This document shows, one piece after another, positions 19,962-30,352 of a DNA stretch of 64,000 nucleotides. The translations under genes and the position numbers were made by a program. The notes under the pieces are model-generated. The model was not told the origin of the DNA. It did not search any database and was given only the letters and a program-made list of their open reading frames with translations. Position 1 is the stretch's first letter. Each line of letters opens with the position of its first letter. Source of the DNA: an uncultured Ferruginibacter sp. (GTDB lineage Bacteria > Bacteroidota > Bacteroidia > Chitinophagales > Chitinophagaceae); assembly GCA_964647915.1 (NCBI GenBank), contig CAZYKA010000002.1, positions 29,822-93,821 on the forward strand. The letters run 5' to 3'.

Positions 19962-20657
19962 TCAGGGAGCCGGAACGGCAGAAATTCTCTCCTCAAAAAG
20001 GGAAATTGCAAATTCGAGTTGCTCTTCGATACCAAGGTTGCTGTTATCGAGAAGGATGGCATCCGATGCCCTACGCAATGGGCTTATTTCCCGGTTGGAA
20101 TCAATATAATCTCTTAATTCCAGGTTTGCTTTCACTTCTTCAATGGTTACATTCGGATTTTTTGCATACATTTCCTTAAAGCGCCTTTCCACGCGCAACG
20201 CAATATCAGCAGTCATGAATATCTTCAATTCTGCATTTGGAAAGACGGTTGTACCAATATCACGCCCATCCATTACAATTCCTTTCTGCTTTCCCATCAA
20301 TTGCTGCTGATGAACTGCAAATTCTCTTACCTGCCCAATAGCCGCCACCTCGCTCACCTGCTCTGCTACAATAAGATCCCTGATAAAATATTCTACGTTC
20401 TCATCATTCAACAAAATCTCAGATTGCTGCGATTTTTCATTAAATGTAAAACTTAGATTAATGCCGCAGAGCGCCTCATTTACCTGTTCTTCTCTTGACC
20501 AGTCAATATGATTTCGCAAAAAATAAAGGGTAATAGCTCTGTACATGGCGCCACTATCGATATAAACATATCCCAGCGACCTGGCAAGCTGCCTGGCAAG
20601 CGTGCTCTTTCCGCAACTCGAAAAGCCATCAATGGTGATGATAATTTTCTTCGGCAT
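19962..20657 (-). CDS. cmk: Cytidylate kinase
   Basis: IDGFSSCGKST, DSGAMYR, MDGRDIGT, RDYIDSNREISPL; start at MPKK. Confidence 0.97.
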   Translation of the reverse strand: MPKKIIITIDGFSSCGKSTLARQLARSLGYVYIDSGAMYRAITLYFLRNHIDWSREEQVNEALCGINLSFTFNEKSQQSEILLNDENVEYFIRDLIVAEQVSEVAAIGQVREFAVHQQQLMGKQKGIVMDGRDIGTTVFPNAELKIFMTADIALRVERRFKEMYAKNPNVTIEEVKANLELRDYIDSNREISPLRRASDAILLDNSNLGIEEQLEFAISLFEERISAVPAP

Positions 20658-20705
20658 TACTACAAAATTCAATTAAAAATTGCCTACTACAAAAAATGTT
20701 TTCAC

Positions 20706-20730
20706 AAAAAAACCCGGTCTTTTAACCGGG
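20706..20730 (-). terminator. Intrinsic terminator after clpC
   Basis: CCCGGT/ACCGGG stem plus U-run on minus strand. Confidence 0.75.
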
Positions 20731-20752
20731 GTATTAATAATTGAGGCCAGAA

Positions 20753-23299
20753 TCAGGCTTCCGACTTCCGTTCTTTCTTTTTGGGCTCTGGTTTCAGTAT
20801 GAACCGAATTACATTATTATCCTTATCGAGTTGAGCCTCAACATTATCACCTGCCTTGATATGCGTATTCAGTATTTCTTCTGCGAGCGGGTCTTCCAGG
20901 TATTTTTGGATAGCCCGATGCAAGGGTCTGGCGCCAAACTGAATATCGTACCCTTTATCAGCGATAAAGTTTTTAGCTTCTTCAGAAAGTTGTAACGTAA
21001 ACCCTAAATTATTCAACCGTTTCATTACACCCTTCATCAGGATATTGATAATTTCAAAGATATTTTCCTTCGTGAGTGAATTAAACATAACCACATCATC
21101 TATCCGGTTAAGGAATTCGGGGCTAAATGTGCGCTTTAATGCTTTTTCAATCACTGCCTTATTATTTTCATCGAATTTCTCCATCCGGTTGGCGGTGGCA
21201 AACCCAACCCCTTCGCCAAAATCTTTCAATTGGCGGGCCCCAATATTGGAAGTCATGATGATCAGGGTATTTTTAAAATCCACTTTTCTTCCAAGCCCAT
21301 CTGTAAGTTGACCATCGTCGAGAACCTGCAATAAAATATTATAAATATCGGGATGCGCCTTTTCAATTTCATCCAGCAGGATCACACTATAAGGTTTCCT
21401 TCGAACGCGTTCGGTCAATTGCCCTCCTTCTTCATACCCCACATATCCCGGAGGCGCTCCAATCAGGCGGCTAACAGTGAATTTTTCCATGTATTCACTC
21501 ATATCAATACGGATCAACGCATCTTCACTGTCGAACATATATTTTGCGAGCGACCGGGCCAGTTCTGTCTTACCTACACCGGTAGGCCCAAGAAAAATAA
21601 ATGTGCCGATGGGTTTTTTTGGATCTTTAAGACCTACCCGATTACGCTGAATAGCTTTAACCACTTTAGAAATTGCTTCCGATTGCCCCACTACGGCTCC
21701 TTTCAGTTCATCGCCCATCCGGCGTAATTTTTCCGTTTCGGCCTGCACCATTCGTTGAACCGGAATACCCGTCATCATACAAACCACTTCTGCAATATCT
21801 TCTTCTTCGATAGGGTATCTTTTGTTCTTGCTTTCTTCTTCCCACTCTGTTTTTGCCTTTTCCAGTTCTTCCTGTAGACGTTTTTCCGTATCCCGTAAGG
21901 AAGCGGCTTCTTCAAACTTCTGGCTTTTTACCACTTTATTCTTTTCCTGCTTAATATCTTCAATCTTTTTCTCGAGTTCGATAATAGTAGGAGGAACATT
22001 GATGTTTTTGATATGTTTGCGGGCACCCACTTCATCCAGAACATCAATGGCTTTATCGGGTAGGAGCCGGTCGGTCATATAACGGTCGCTCAATTTTACA
22101 CAAGCTTCAATAGCGTCCTGGCTAAAAGTAACATTGTGATAATCTTCGTATTTACTTTTAATATTATTCAGGATCTCAATAGCTTCTTCAATGGAAGGTT
22201 GTTCAATAATAATTTTTTGGAAGCGGCGGTCGAGGGCACCATCTTTTTCAATGTGCATACGGTATTCATCCAAAGTGGAGGCGCCGATGCATTGCAATTC
22301 TCCCCGGGCGAGGGCTGGCTTAAAAATATTGGAGGCATCGAGAGAGCCACTTGCTCCACCGGCGCCAACAATGGTATGAATTTCATCGATAAAGAGAATC
22401 ACATCCCGGTTCTTCTCCAGTTCGTTCATAATGGCTTTCATTCTTTCTTCGAACTGCCCCCGGTACTTGGTACCCGCAACAAGGGCAGCTAAATCGAGAC
22501 TAACCACGCGCTTATCAAACAAAACGCGGGATACTTTCCGCTGCACGATGCGAAGGGCAAGCCCTTCCACAATGGCCGTTTTGCCCACACCGGGTTCACC
22601 GATAAGGATCGGATTATTCTTTTTTCGCCGGGAGAGGATTTGAGAAACCCTCTCAATTTCTTTTTCTCTTCCTACAATGGGATCGAGGCTGCCATTTTCT
22701 GCAAGCCGGGTTATATCTCTTCCGAAATTATCCAAAACAGGTGTTTTGGTTTTGGCAGCACCGGATGTGCCGGATTTTTGCGACCGCGACTGCCCGCCAT
22801 ATTGCTTCCTTTCTTCGTCAAATTCATCCTCTTCATTAAATTCAGCAGTAGGAGGAGGATTTGAGGTTACAAACCCTAACTCATTCTTAAAAACTTCGTA
22901 ATCCACATCATATTGATTTAATATCTGTGTAGCAATATTTTCCTTATTTTTTAGGATTGAAAGCATGAGGTGTTCACTTTCAACCAATGCACTTTTTAGC
23001 GCCTTTTGTTCAAGTACGGAAATTCGAATAACTTTTTCTGCCTGTTTGGTAAGCGGAATGCTGTTGATATTTGCAATGGTCTTTCCCGTTTTGTCTTTCA
23101 CGGCAATTTCAATGTCTTTTCGCAATTCAAACAGATCCACATTAAGCGACTTAAGGGTTTTCACGGCAGTATTTTCCCCATCGCGAATAAGGCCCAGCAC
23201 AAAATGCTCGGTACCTATAAAATCATTACCCAGACGTAGCGCTTCCTCCCGGCTGTAAGAAATGATCTCCTTTACCTGTGTAGAGAAACTATTGTCCAT
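20753..23299 (-). CDS. clpC: ATP-dependent Clp protease ATPase subunit ClpC
   Basis: Clp N repeats, two Walker A ([16 protein letters not shown]), UVR coiled coil, GVGF ClpP-docking loop. Confidence 0.97.
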   Translation of the reverse strand: MDNSFSTQVKEIISYSREEALRLGNDFIGTEHFVLGLIRDGENTAVKTLKSLNVDLFELRKDIEIAVKDKTGKTIANINSIPLTKQAEKVIRISVLEQKALKSALVESEHLMLSILKNKENIATQILNQYDVDYEVFKNELGFVTSNPPPTAEFNEEDEFDEERKQYGGQSRSQKSGTSGAAKTKTPVLDNFGRDITRLAENGSLDPIVGREKEIERVSQILSRRKKNNPILIGEPGVGKTAIVEGLALRIVQRKVSRVLFDKRVVSLDLAALVAGTKYRGQFEERMKAIMNELEKNRDVILFIDEIHTIVGAGGASGSLDASNIFKPALARGELQCIGASTLDEYRMHIEKDGALDRRFQKIIIEQPSIEEAIEILNNIKSKYEDYHNVTFSQDAIEACVKLSDRYMTDRLLPDKAIDVLDEVGARKHIKNINVPPTIIELEKKIEDIKQEKNKVVKSQKFEEAASLRDTEKRLQEELEKAKTEWEEESKNKRYPIEEEDIAEVVCMMTGIPVQRMVQAETEKLRRMGDELKGAVVGQSEAISKVVKAIQRNRVGLKDPKKPIGTFIFLGPTGVGKTELARSLAKYMFDSEDALIRIDMSEYMEKFTVSRLIGAPPGYVGYEEGGQLTERVRRKPYSVILLDEIEKAHPDIYNILLQVLDDGQLTDGLGRKVDFKNTLIIMTSNIGARQLKDFGEGVGFATANRMEKFDENNKAVIEKALKRTFSPEFLNRIDDVVMFNSLTKENIFEIINILMKGVMKRLNNLGFTLQLSEEAKNFIADKGYDIQFGARPLHRAIQKYLEDPLAEEILNTHIKAGDNVEAQLDKDNNVIRFILKPEPKKKERKSEA

Positions 23300-23528
23300 T
23301 CTCGCGGTTTTTTAATTGATACAATAATAACGAATATTTGTTTCGGTTAGTTGTGCCTGATTATCAAATGTTGATTTGTTGAAAATTAGGCGATTTGGAA
23401 ACATTCCTGCATTGAAAGACCATAAAGTGGGCAATCCAAACGTTAAAAACAAATTAACTTTCCTATTAAATGACCTTTCCCAGAAAAAAATCTCCCTATT
23501 TTTCAGATTCAAATATTGTTGTTATAAC

Positions 23529-23918
23529 ATGAATGTCAAATTAAGTACCAAAGAAAAATTTGTGGTCCTGGAGGTATTAGAGGCAAATTTATCTGCAATT
23601 ATGTCAGAACAACTTTCAAAAATTTTTCAGCAAATCATGGTGGGAACCCCACCTCACCTGGTATTGGATTTAGGTTTTGTTAAGCAAATGGATGAGGAAA
23701 TTGCATTTTCAGTGGCATCCTGGCAATCCAGGTTTTACGAAAGGGAGTATTCTTTTGTAATATGCTCGATGAGGGAAGAGGTAGCACAGGTATTTAAATC
23801 TCTTGACCTTTTTGATAATATGAATACCACCCCCACTCAAAGCGAAGCATGGGATATGGTACAAATGGAAGCAATTGAAAGAGAATTATTAAATGACTTC
23901 GATGATAACGAAGCATAA
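23529..23918 (+). CDS. STAS domain protein (anti-anti-sigma-like)
   Basis: Start moved to MNVKLSTKEKF; LVLDL..V..MD, TPTQSEAWDMVQME.IERE; upstream of rnz as is typical in Bacteroidota. Confidence 0.8.
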   Translation: MNVKLSTKEKFVVLEVLEANLSAIMSEQLSKIFQQIMVGTPPHLVLDLGFVKQMDEEIAFSVASWQSRFYEREYSFVICSMREEVAQVFKSLDLFDNMNTTPTQSEAWDMVQMEAIERELLNDFDDNEA

Positions 23919-23954
23919 TGAACTTATCTTTGACCCGAATCCCCATCCAACAAG

Positions 23955-24857
23955 TTGTTAGCACTCACCATTTTAGGCAATAATTCGGCAATCCCGGCAT
24001 TTGGCAGGAACCCTACATCGCAAATATTACAGTCGGCCGATGATTTTTTTCTAATTGATTGTGGAGAGGGTACCCAGCTTCAGATGTCGCGATATAAAAT
24101 CAGAAGGAGCAAAATCAGTCATATTTTCATTTCGCATCTCCACGGCGATCATTATTTTGGACTGATTGGACTACTCACCAGTATGAGCCTGTTGAACCGG
24201 ACGCAGGACCTTCACTTGCATGGGCCTGGGCTTTTAAAACAAATCCTGGACGTTCAATTGCAGGCTGCTGCATCAACCCTTTGTTATAAATTACATTTTC
24301 ATCCCCTGGGCGAGAACGGGAAAATTGCAGAAACCCAAAAAATGGAAGTGCATTCGTTCCGGGTTAAACATCGCATTGATTGTTGGGGGTTTCTTTTCGG
24401 GGAAAAAAAGAACCCGCGAAAGTTGGATATCGAACGCGCGGTAGCGTATGAAATTCCTTCTTCCTTTTATGAAAGCCTCCAAAAAGGAATGGATTATAAA
24501 ACAAAGAAAGGCACTATTATTCCGAATGAGGAGGTGACCATTGCAGCAAGCCTTCCAAAATCCTATGCTTTTTGTGCAGACACCATCTTTGACCCAGAGT
24601 TATGTAATATAGTAAAGGGAGTGAGCCTTTTATATCATGAGGCTACATATTTGAAAGACCAGGAGGAGCGGGCTGCCGCACGATTCCATAGCACCACACA
24701 CCAGGCTGCGGAAATAGCCAGGCAATCCCGGGTTGGCAAATTGCTCATCGGGCATTTTTCTTCAAAATATGAGTCGTTGGAGCCCTTCCTGCAGGAAGCC
24801 AAAGAAATATTTCCACAAACAGAATTAGCATTGGAAGGTGCCTGCTTTTCGATCTAA
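23955..24857 (+). CDS. rnz: Ribonuclease Z
   Basis: LIDCGEGTQ, HLHGDH, YHEAT, HST, GHFSSKY. Confidence 0.96.
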   Translation: MLALTILGNNSAIPAFGRNPTSQILQSADDFFLIDCGEGTQLQMSRYKIRRSKISHIFISHLHGDHYFGLIGLLTSMSLLNRTQDLHLHGPGLLKQILDVQLQAAASTLCYKLHFHPLGENGKIAETQKMEVHSFRVKHRIDCWGFLFGEKKNPRKLDIERAVAYEIPSSFYESLQKGMDYKTKKGTIIPNEEVTIAASLPKSYAFCADTIFDPELCNIVKGVSLLYHEATYLKDQEERAAARFHSTTHQAAEIARQSRVGKLLIGHFSSKYESLEPFLQEAKEIFPQTELALEGACFSI

Positions 24858-26014
24858 GGGACGGAAAGCCTGTATTCATAACCGTTACTATGAATCCATT
24901 TAATAAATTCGGGTAACCATTTTCTCCAGGCAGCTTCATTATGTTTCCCGTTTTCATCCACAACGGTATAGATTAATGAATTGGATAACAAAGCAAGTCG
25001 ATCGGATACTTCCTCCATATCGTGCAGCATTTCATCGCCCTCACCTTTTCCAATATAAAAGAAGAAACGGCTGGTTTGGCCAGGCGCCAACGAATCGGTA
25101 AGGTTCATTATTTCCGGTGCAATCCAAAATGAAGGTGAAAAAACTCCGGCGTTACCAAATACACGGGGCCGGGTTAACGCAGCATAATAAGAAATGAGCC
25201 CACCCATCGAACTACCCATAATAGTACAGTGCCGGGGATCCGAAAGAGTACGGTAATGTTTATCGATATAGGGCTTCAGGGTTTCAGCCAAAAAGGCTAC
25301 ATATTTTATGCCCAGCCCCTTTCCGTATTTATCATTATCGTATGGGTTATATTCCCGGAGGCGTTCAGGGCCGCTTTCAATGCCTACAACAATAAAATTA
25401 ATATGGTTGTCAGCAGAAAGAGTATCCAGGGTTTCATCTGCCCCCCATTCCCCAAACGGGGCATAAAAGTTATCGAACAGATTCTGCCCGTCGTTGGCAT
25501 AAATAACGGGGTATCTTTTCTTTCCCGCCTGATACCCGGGTGGCAAATAAATCCATATCCTTCTATCCCGGTGGAGCTGGGGCATGAAAAAGGCGGAGTC
25601 CAGCAACTTTACCTGTTTGGAAGCGGAGTGCTTTACCGTTGTATTTGCAAAAGCATCTGCCCATCCTTCAATGGAAAAATGAAGCGTAGTATCGGATGAA
25701 ATGGTTACCGAGCGATTACCCAGAGATTGCCCTTGTGACCCGGTTTCCACTTTTCCCCAACTTCCTCGGGTAAATTTGAATTCAATACGCCCATCAGGAA
25801 TATTGGAAAATATTTTAGTATAGTCCTTTCCGTTAGATATAAATCGAAATGCCGTATCAGCAGGGTTCCACCGGTTAAAATCGCCTGCCATAAAAATGGT
25901 GTCCGAAAAAACTATTCCCGAATCGGGTAAGACCTGTACTACTACCCGGTGCTGCGAAACGGCAAAAAACGGCAAGGCCAGGATCAGGGATGCTATGAGA
26001 GAACCCAGCCTCAC
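24854..26014 (-). CDS. Secreted alpha/beta hydrolase (putative esterase) with N-terminal carbohydrate-binding-like Ig domain
   Basis: Signal peptide; AGDFNRWNP, EFKFTRGSW.KVE; DGQNLF, GSSMGG, HNE.AW. Confidence 0.85.
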   Translation of the reverse strand: MRLGSLIASLILALPFFAVSQHRVVVQVLPDSGIVFSDTIFMAGDFNRWNPADTAFRFISNGKDYTKIFSNIPDGRIEFKFTRGSWGKVETGSQGQSLGNRSVTISSDTTLHFSIEGWADAFANTTVKHSASKQVKLLDSAFFMPQLHRDRRIWIYLPPGYQAGKKRYPVIYANDGQNLFDNFYAPFGEWGADETLDTLSADNHINFIVVGIESGPERLREYNPYDNDKYGKGLGIKYVAFLAETLKPYIDKHYRTLSDPRHCTIMGSSMGGLISYYAALTRPRVFGNAGVFSPSFWIAPEIMNLTDSLAPGQTSRFFFYIGKGEGDEMLHDMEEVSDRLALLSNSLIYTVVDENGKHNEAAWRKWLPEFIKWIHSNGYEYRLSVP

Positions 26015-26910
26015 AGGTGAGTCAATTTTGATTCGCCCATAAATGTCCGTATCCGGTGTTGCAGGTTTGTGCTAACCGGAGATACCGGAAGCCGGAGTAC
26101 ATTCTTTATTAATTTCTGTTCACTCAAAAATGCTTTTACCCCTGCCGGATTATTCTCCTCAAACATCAGATCGTATGCATCCGAAAGCAGGTCATTTACT
26201 TCTTTGGCATCCCCAAAATTGGAATTTAACGCATGTTGTACCATACGGCTCATTGCCTTGGGGAAGGCATTAGCGGCTACGCTGATTACTCCTGTCATCC
26301 CGCAGGCAATCTGGGGCATGGCCAGTGCGTCATCACCACTAACCACCATAAAATGGGAAGGGCAATCTTTCAAAATCCGGATGCACTGGGAAAAGTCGCC
26401 GCCAGCTTCTTTAATTCCAATTATATTATCGGATGCTTTGGCCAGTTTCAAAACGGTATCCGCATCCAGGTTTCGGCCGGTACGGGATGGAACATTGTAA
26501 AGGAGGATGGGTTTGGGACTGGCTTTTGCCAGTTCCATATAATGCAGAAAAAGCCCTTCCTGGGAAGGCCTGCTATAATAGGGGCTTGTACTCAATATGG
26601 CAACCGCTTCCTGTAATGGAAAATCCTGTAAATCCTCCAGTACTTCTCTGGTATTATTACCTCCAATTCCTACAACCAGAGGTACCCGCTTTGAAATTGC
26701 GGTTCCAGTAAAATTTACGATGTCAATCTTTTCCCTTTTGGATAAAACAGGCGTTTCGCCTGTTGTTCCCAAACTGACAATATACTCAATCCCATTTTCA
26801 ATAACGTACTCAATGAGGTTTCCAAGGGAATCAAAATCAATATCCCCATTTTCTTTAAAGGGGGTGATAATAGCCACTCCGGTTCCCCTCAAAAGTTCCT
26901 TAATCTCCAT
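26011..26910 (-). CDS. dapA: 4-hydroxy-tetrahydrodipicolinate synthase
   Basis: GTTGE, PYY, LYNVPSRTG, GIKEA, SGDD, NPAGVK. Confidence 0.97.
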   Translation of the reverse strand: MEIKELLRGTGVAIITPFKENGDIDFDSLGNLIEYVIENGIEYIVSLGTTGETPVLSKREKIDIVNFTGTAISKRVPLVVGIGGNNTREVLEDLQDFPLQEAVAILSTSPYYSRPSQEGLFLHYMELAKASPKPILLYNVPSRTGRNLDADTVLKLAKASDNIIGIKEAGGDFSQCIRILKDCPSHFMVVSGDDALAMPQIACGMTGVISVAANAFPKAMSRMVQHALNSNFGDAKEVNDLLSDAYDLMFEENNPAGVKAFLSEQKLIKNVLRLPVSPVSTNLQHRIRTFMGESKLTHL

Positions 26911-26988
26911 AACTCATTTTGAGGTGAAGGTATTAAATCGTTCAGGAAATTTTGGAAAATCCTACTGAAAACACGGGAATACAGTCTG

Positions 26989-27717
26989 TTAGCCCCGGAT
27001 AATTTTTGACTTATTTAAATAGGCCTTGTTTTCACTGTATATGAATAACAGGCTACCATCCTTGATCGTATTGATAATGGGTTTCTTCAGGGATTCGGGT
27101 ATTGCCGGGCAGCCCCAGCTTCTGCCAAGGTAACCATGGCTCCGGATGAATTTTTCACTTACATAATCTGCACCATGCATTACAATAGCTCTTTCCCCGG
27201 CTTTATCGTTGATACCGGGTTCCAGGCCATCCAGCTTTAAGGAAAAACCATGCTTGCCGGAATAGGTAGAAGAGGTGCGGTAAAATCCCGGGCTACTTTG
27301 AAAGCTTTCCGGAATATTAGAAAACCGGCGGGCAAATTCTTCACCCGAACCCTGTCCATGCGCTACATAGGTTTTAAAAAGAATTTTTTCCTGGTCTAAG
27401 TCAACTACAAAAAGCCGTTTCAAGGCGCTTGATTTGGTGAAATCAGCAATGGTAATAATATGGTTGTTTGTGATTTTCCCGGCTTCCGTTAGTTTTTGAA
27501 ACCCTTTTATGGCAGATTCGAAAGCCTTTTTGGAAAGTCCCGCAGCTTCAAGCCCCATTTTATTATAGGCAGTGGTATAGCTTTCGGAAAGAGAAATTAG
27601 TTTGGCGGGTACTTCAACCATTTTAAACTCCCCTGTTTTGGCAAAGAGCAGGGGAAAATGGATACCGAGGAAGATTAAAACCAGTAAGCCCAGTTTTCTA
27701 AAAATGGGGTTTTTCAT
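26989..27717 (-). CDS. Murein L,D-transpeptidase catalytic domain family protein (YkuD_2-like)
   Basis: VAHGQGSG, FSN..ES.QSS.G, IVMHGA...GRSWGCPA catalytic His/Cys. Confidence 0.9.
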   Translation of the reverse strand: MKNPIFRKLGLLVLIFLGIHFPLLFAKTGEFKMVEVPAKLISLSESYTTAYNKMGLEAAGLSKKAFESAIKGFQKLTEAGKITNNHIITIADFTKSSALKRLFVVDLDQEKILFKTYVAHGQGSGEEFARRFSNIPESFQSSPGFYRTSSTYSGKHGFSLKLDGLEPGINDKAGERAIVMHGADYVSEKFIRSHGYLGRSWGCPAIPESLKKPIINTIKDGSLLFIYSENKAYLNKSKIIRG

Positions 27718-28428
27718 AGATTAACTGAAATAACGAATAAAGGATAAAACATCGTATATATAAATATGACTTATTTCGGAAAACCTGCTACTACTGTAAC
27801 TTTCGCGTCGCAAATTTCCAATTATTACCGGTCCATTTTTGTAGTAATTTTTATCATTTATAAAACTTTAACAGGTGGATTAATAATCGTATATATAAGA
27901 AACTGAGGAAAAAACGAATAAAATAGGGTGAAAAAACGGGGTAAATCCCGAATTAAGAAAAATAATATTGTGTTTTAAAATACCCTTTTTTAATTCGACC
28001 CTAAATTGGAGGCAGACAGGCTACAATAGGAATAATTTCCATAAGATCGGATACAACCGTACCCTTTTTTAGGAAATTTTCCATTTGGTTAAATGGCTTC
28101 GTATTCGGCCTTCTGTTTTGTAGATTTTTAATTTGGGTATTGGTGATTTTCAATTTGCCGGCATTGGCTTAAAAATCATTTGCCGGCATTTTATTTTTTT
28201 AGCCTTTACAAACATTGTTTCAATTAAAGGGTTCCATATTTATCCTTAAAAGCCAGAAATAATTTAGGGCAGAAGGACTTTTGTTCAATTTCAGTTATCA
28301 TTCGACCTTCCAAAACAAGGAATTTACCAGCCCTTACCATTCATAAACTTAACACGCACCGTACTTATCCACCCAATAAATTCCGTAATATTGCACCCTT
28401 ATATTTTTCAGAAAAAAGACGAGCCAAA

Positions 28429-30264
28429 ATGTGCGGAATTGTAGGGTATACCGGGCCAAAAGAAGCCTATCCCATAATAATTAAGGGCCTTAAAAGATTA
28501 GAATACAGGGGTTACGACAGTACTGGCGTGGCCCTCCTTAACCACGGCTTAAAGGTTTATAAGAAAAAAGGGCGGGTAGCCGACCTCGAGCATGAAATCA
28601 TGGGGAAAGACCTGCATGCCAATATAGGCATTGGACATACCCGTTGGGCTACCCACGGCGAGCCCAGCGATAAAAATGCACATCCCCATACCAGTGCAAG
28701 CGGGAAACTTGCGATGATCCATAATGGCATCATTGAAAACTATGCCCTCATTAAAAAAGACCTGGTTAGCAAGGGGTATCGCTTTACCAGCGAAACTGAT
28801 ACAGAGGTACTGTTGAATTTTATAGAAGATATCCGAACCAAAAATAAATGCGACCTCGAAGAGGCAACCCGGATTGCGCTGAAAAGGATAACCGGTGCCT
28901 ATTGCATCCTGTTAATTGACGAGGACGACCCCGAAACCATTATTGCCGCCCGTAAAGGCAGCCCATTGGTAATAGGGGTTGGAAAGGGAGAACATTTTTT
29001 GGGAAGCGATGCAAGTCCTATGCTGGAATACACCAAGGAAGTAGTTTATGTAAATGACTATGAACTTGCCATTGTTAAGCCCGACCAGTTAATTCTTAAA
29101 AACCTGGGGAATGAAAAAATCACTCCCTATGTTACCAAACTGGATATGGACCTGGCAGCCATTGAAAAGGGGGGATACGAACATTTTATGCTCAAAGAAA
29201 TTTTTGAGCAACCCAGCACCATCCTGGATTGTTTGCGTGGCAGGCTGGATGCAGGAAAAGGCACTATTACCATGAGCGGAGTGGATGATAATATCCAACA
29301 CTTTAGGAATGCTCAGCGTATTATCATGGTAGCCTGCGGCACCAGTTGGCATGCAGCCCTCCTTGCGGAATACCTTTTTGAAGAATTATGCCGGATTCCG
29401 GTTGAGGTAGAATATGCTTCTGAGTTCAGATACCGCAATCCCATAATAAATAAAGGGGATATCATCATCGCCATCAGCCAAAGTGGAGAAACGGCCGATA
29501 CCCTGGTGGCTATTGAAAAAGCCAAGGAACAAGGGGCTATCATCTTTGGTGTGGTTAATGTAGTTGGATCATCTATTGCCCGAATTAGTGACGGTGGCGC
29601 CTATACGCATGCCGGACCTGAAATTGGAGTTGCCAGTACCAAAGCATTCACCGGCCAGCTTGCCGTATTAATGATGATGGCGCTGAAGATTGGAAAAGAA
29701 AAAGGAACCCTTTCCGAAAAACGTTATACAGAGTTAATCCTCGAACTGGATGCCATTCCGGAAAAAGTGCAGGCCCTTCTGAAGAGTGCCGAAAAAATTA
29801 AAGCAATTGCAGAAAAATATCAACACGCCGGCGATGCGTTGTACCTGGGCCGTGGATTCAATTTCCCGATTGCCCTCGAAGGAGCATTAAAATTGAAAGA
29901 AATTTCATACATACATGCAGAAGGTTACCCGGCAGCCGAAATGAAACATGGCCCCATCGCCCTGGTAACCGAACAACTACCCGTAGTGTTTGTGGCCACC
30001 AAAGATTCTTATTACGAAAAAATTATCAGCAACATCCAGGAAATTAAAGCCAGGAAAGGAAAAGTTATTGCTGTAATAACGGATGGCGATGAAATTATTC
30101 CTACACTTGCCGACGAGGTATTTTATATTCCGCCAGCCGATGAAGTGATAGCACCGATGCTTAGCGTGATACCCATGCAACTCCTTAGCTATTACGTAGG
30201 AATTGCAAAAGGTGTAGACGTGGATAAACCCAGGAACCTGGCCAAAAGTGTTACGGTAGAATAA
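28429..30264 (+). CDS. glmS: Glutamine--fructose-6-phosphate transaminase (isomerizing)
   Basis: N-terminal MCGIVG, LEYRGYDS, GHTRWATHG, SQSGETAD, C-terminal PRNLAKSVTVE. Confidence 0.99.
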   Translation: MCGIVGYTGPKEAYPIIIKGLKRLEYRGYDSTGVALLNHGLKVYKKKGRVADLEHEIMGKDLHANIGIGHTRWATHGEPSDKNAHPHTSASGKLAMIHNGIIENYALIKKDLVSKGYRFTSETDTEVLLNFIEDIRTKNKCDLEEATRIALKRITGAYCILLIDEDDPETIIAARKGSPLVIGVGKGEHFLGSDASPMLEYTKEVVYVNDYELAIVKPDQLILKNLGNEKITPYVTKLDMDLAAIEKGGYEHFMLKEIFEQPSTILDCLRGRLDAGKGTITMSGVDDNIQHFRNAQRIIMVACGTSWHAALLAEYLFEELCRIPVEVEYASEFRYRNPIINKGDIIIAISQSGETADTLVAIEKAKEQGAIIFGVVNVVGSSIARISDGGAYTHAGPEIGVASTKAFTGQLAVLMMMALKIGKEKGTLSEKRYTELILELDAIPEKVQALLKSAEKIKAIAEKYQHAGDALYLGRGFNFPIALEGALKLKEISYIHAEGYPAAEMKHGPIALVTEQLPVVFVATKDSYYEKIISNIQEIKARKGKVIAVITDGDEIIPTLADEVFYIPPADEVIAPMLSVIPMQLLSYYVGIAKGVDVDKPRNLAKSVTVE

Positions 30265-30352
30265 GGTTGTATTTTTTCAACAAACAATTTTATATTTATC
30301 CTTTACTTCATTCGCATCCAGATCAAATCAAAATGCGAAAACCCGGAAAGGA

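Noticed and set aside
27766..27906. 46-aa plus-strand ORF MTYFGKPATT...IVYIRN
   Set aside because: Hydrophobicity is expected from AT-rich DNA; it overlaps the likely promoter of the opposite gene; no recognisable motif.
28300..28428. glmS ribozyme (GACGAG just before the glmS start)
   Set aside because: No upstream AGCGCC cleavage-site motif or P1/P2 helices; GACGAG alone is a chance 6-mer.
27718..28428. oriC or dif site in the long AT-rich spacer
   Set aside because: Only one near DnaA box (TTATCCACC, 28365-28373) and one weaker copy; no box cluster and no XerC/XerD arm pair recognised.
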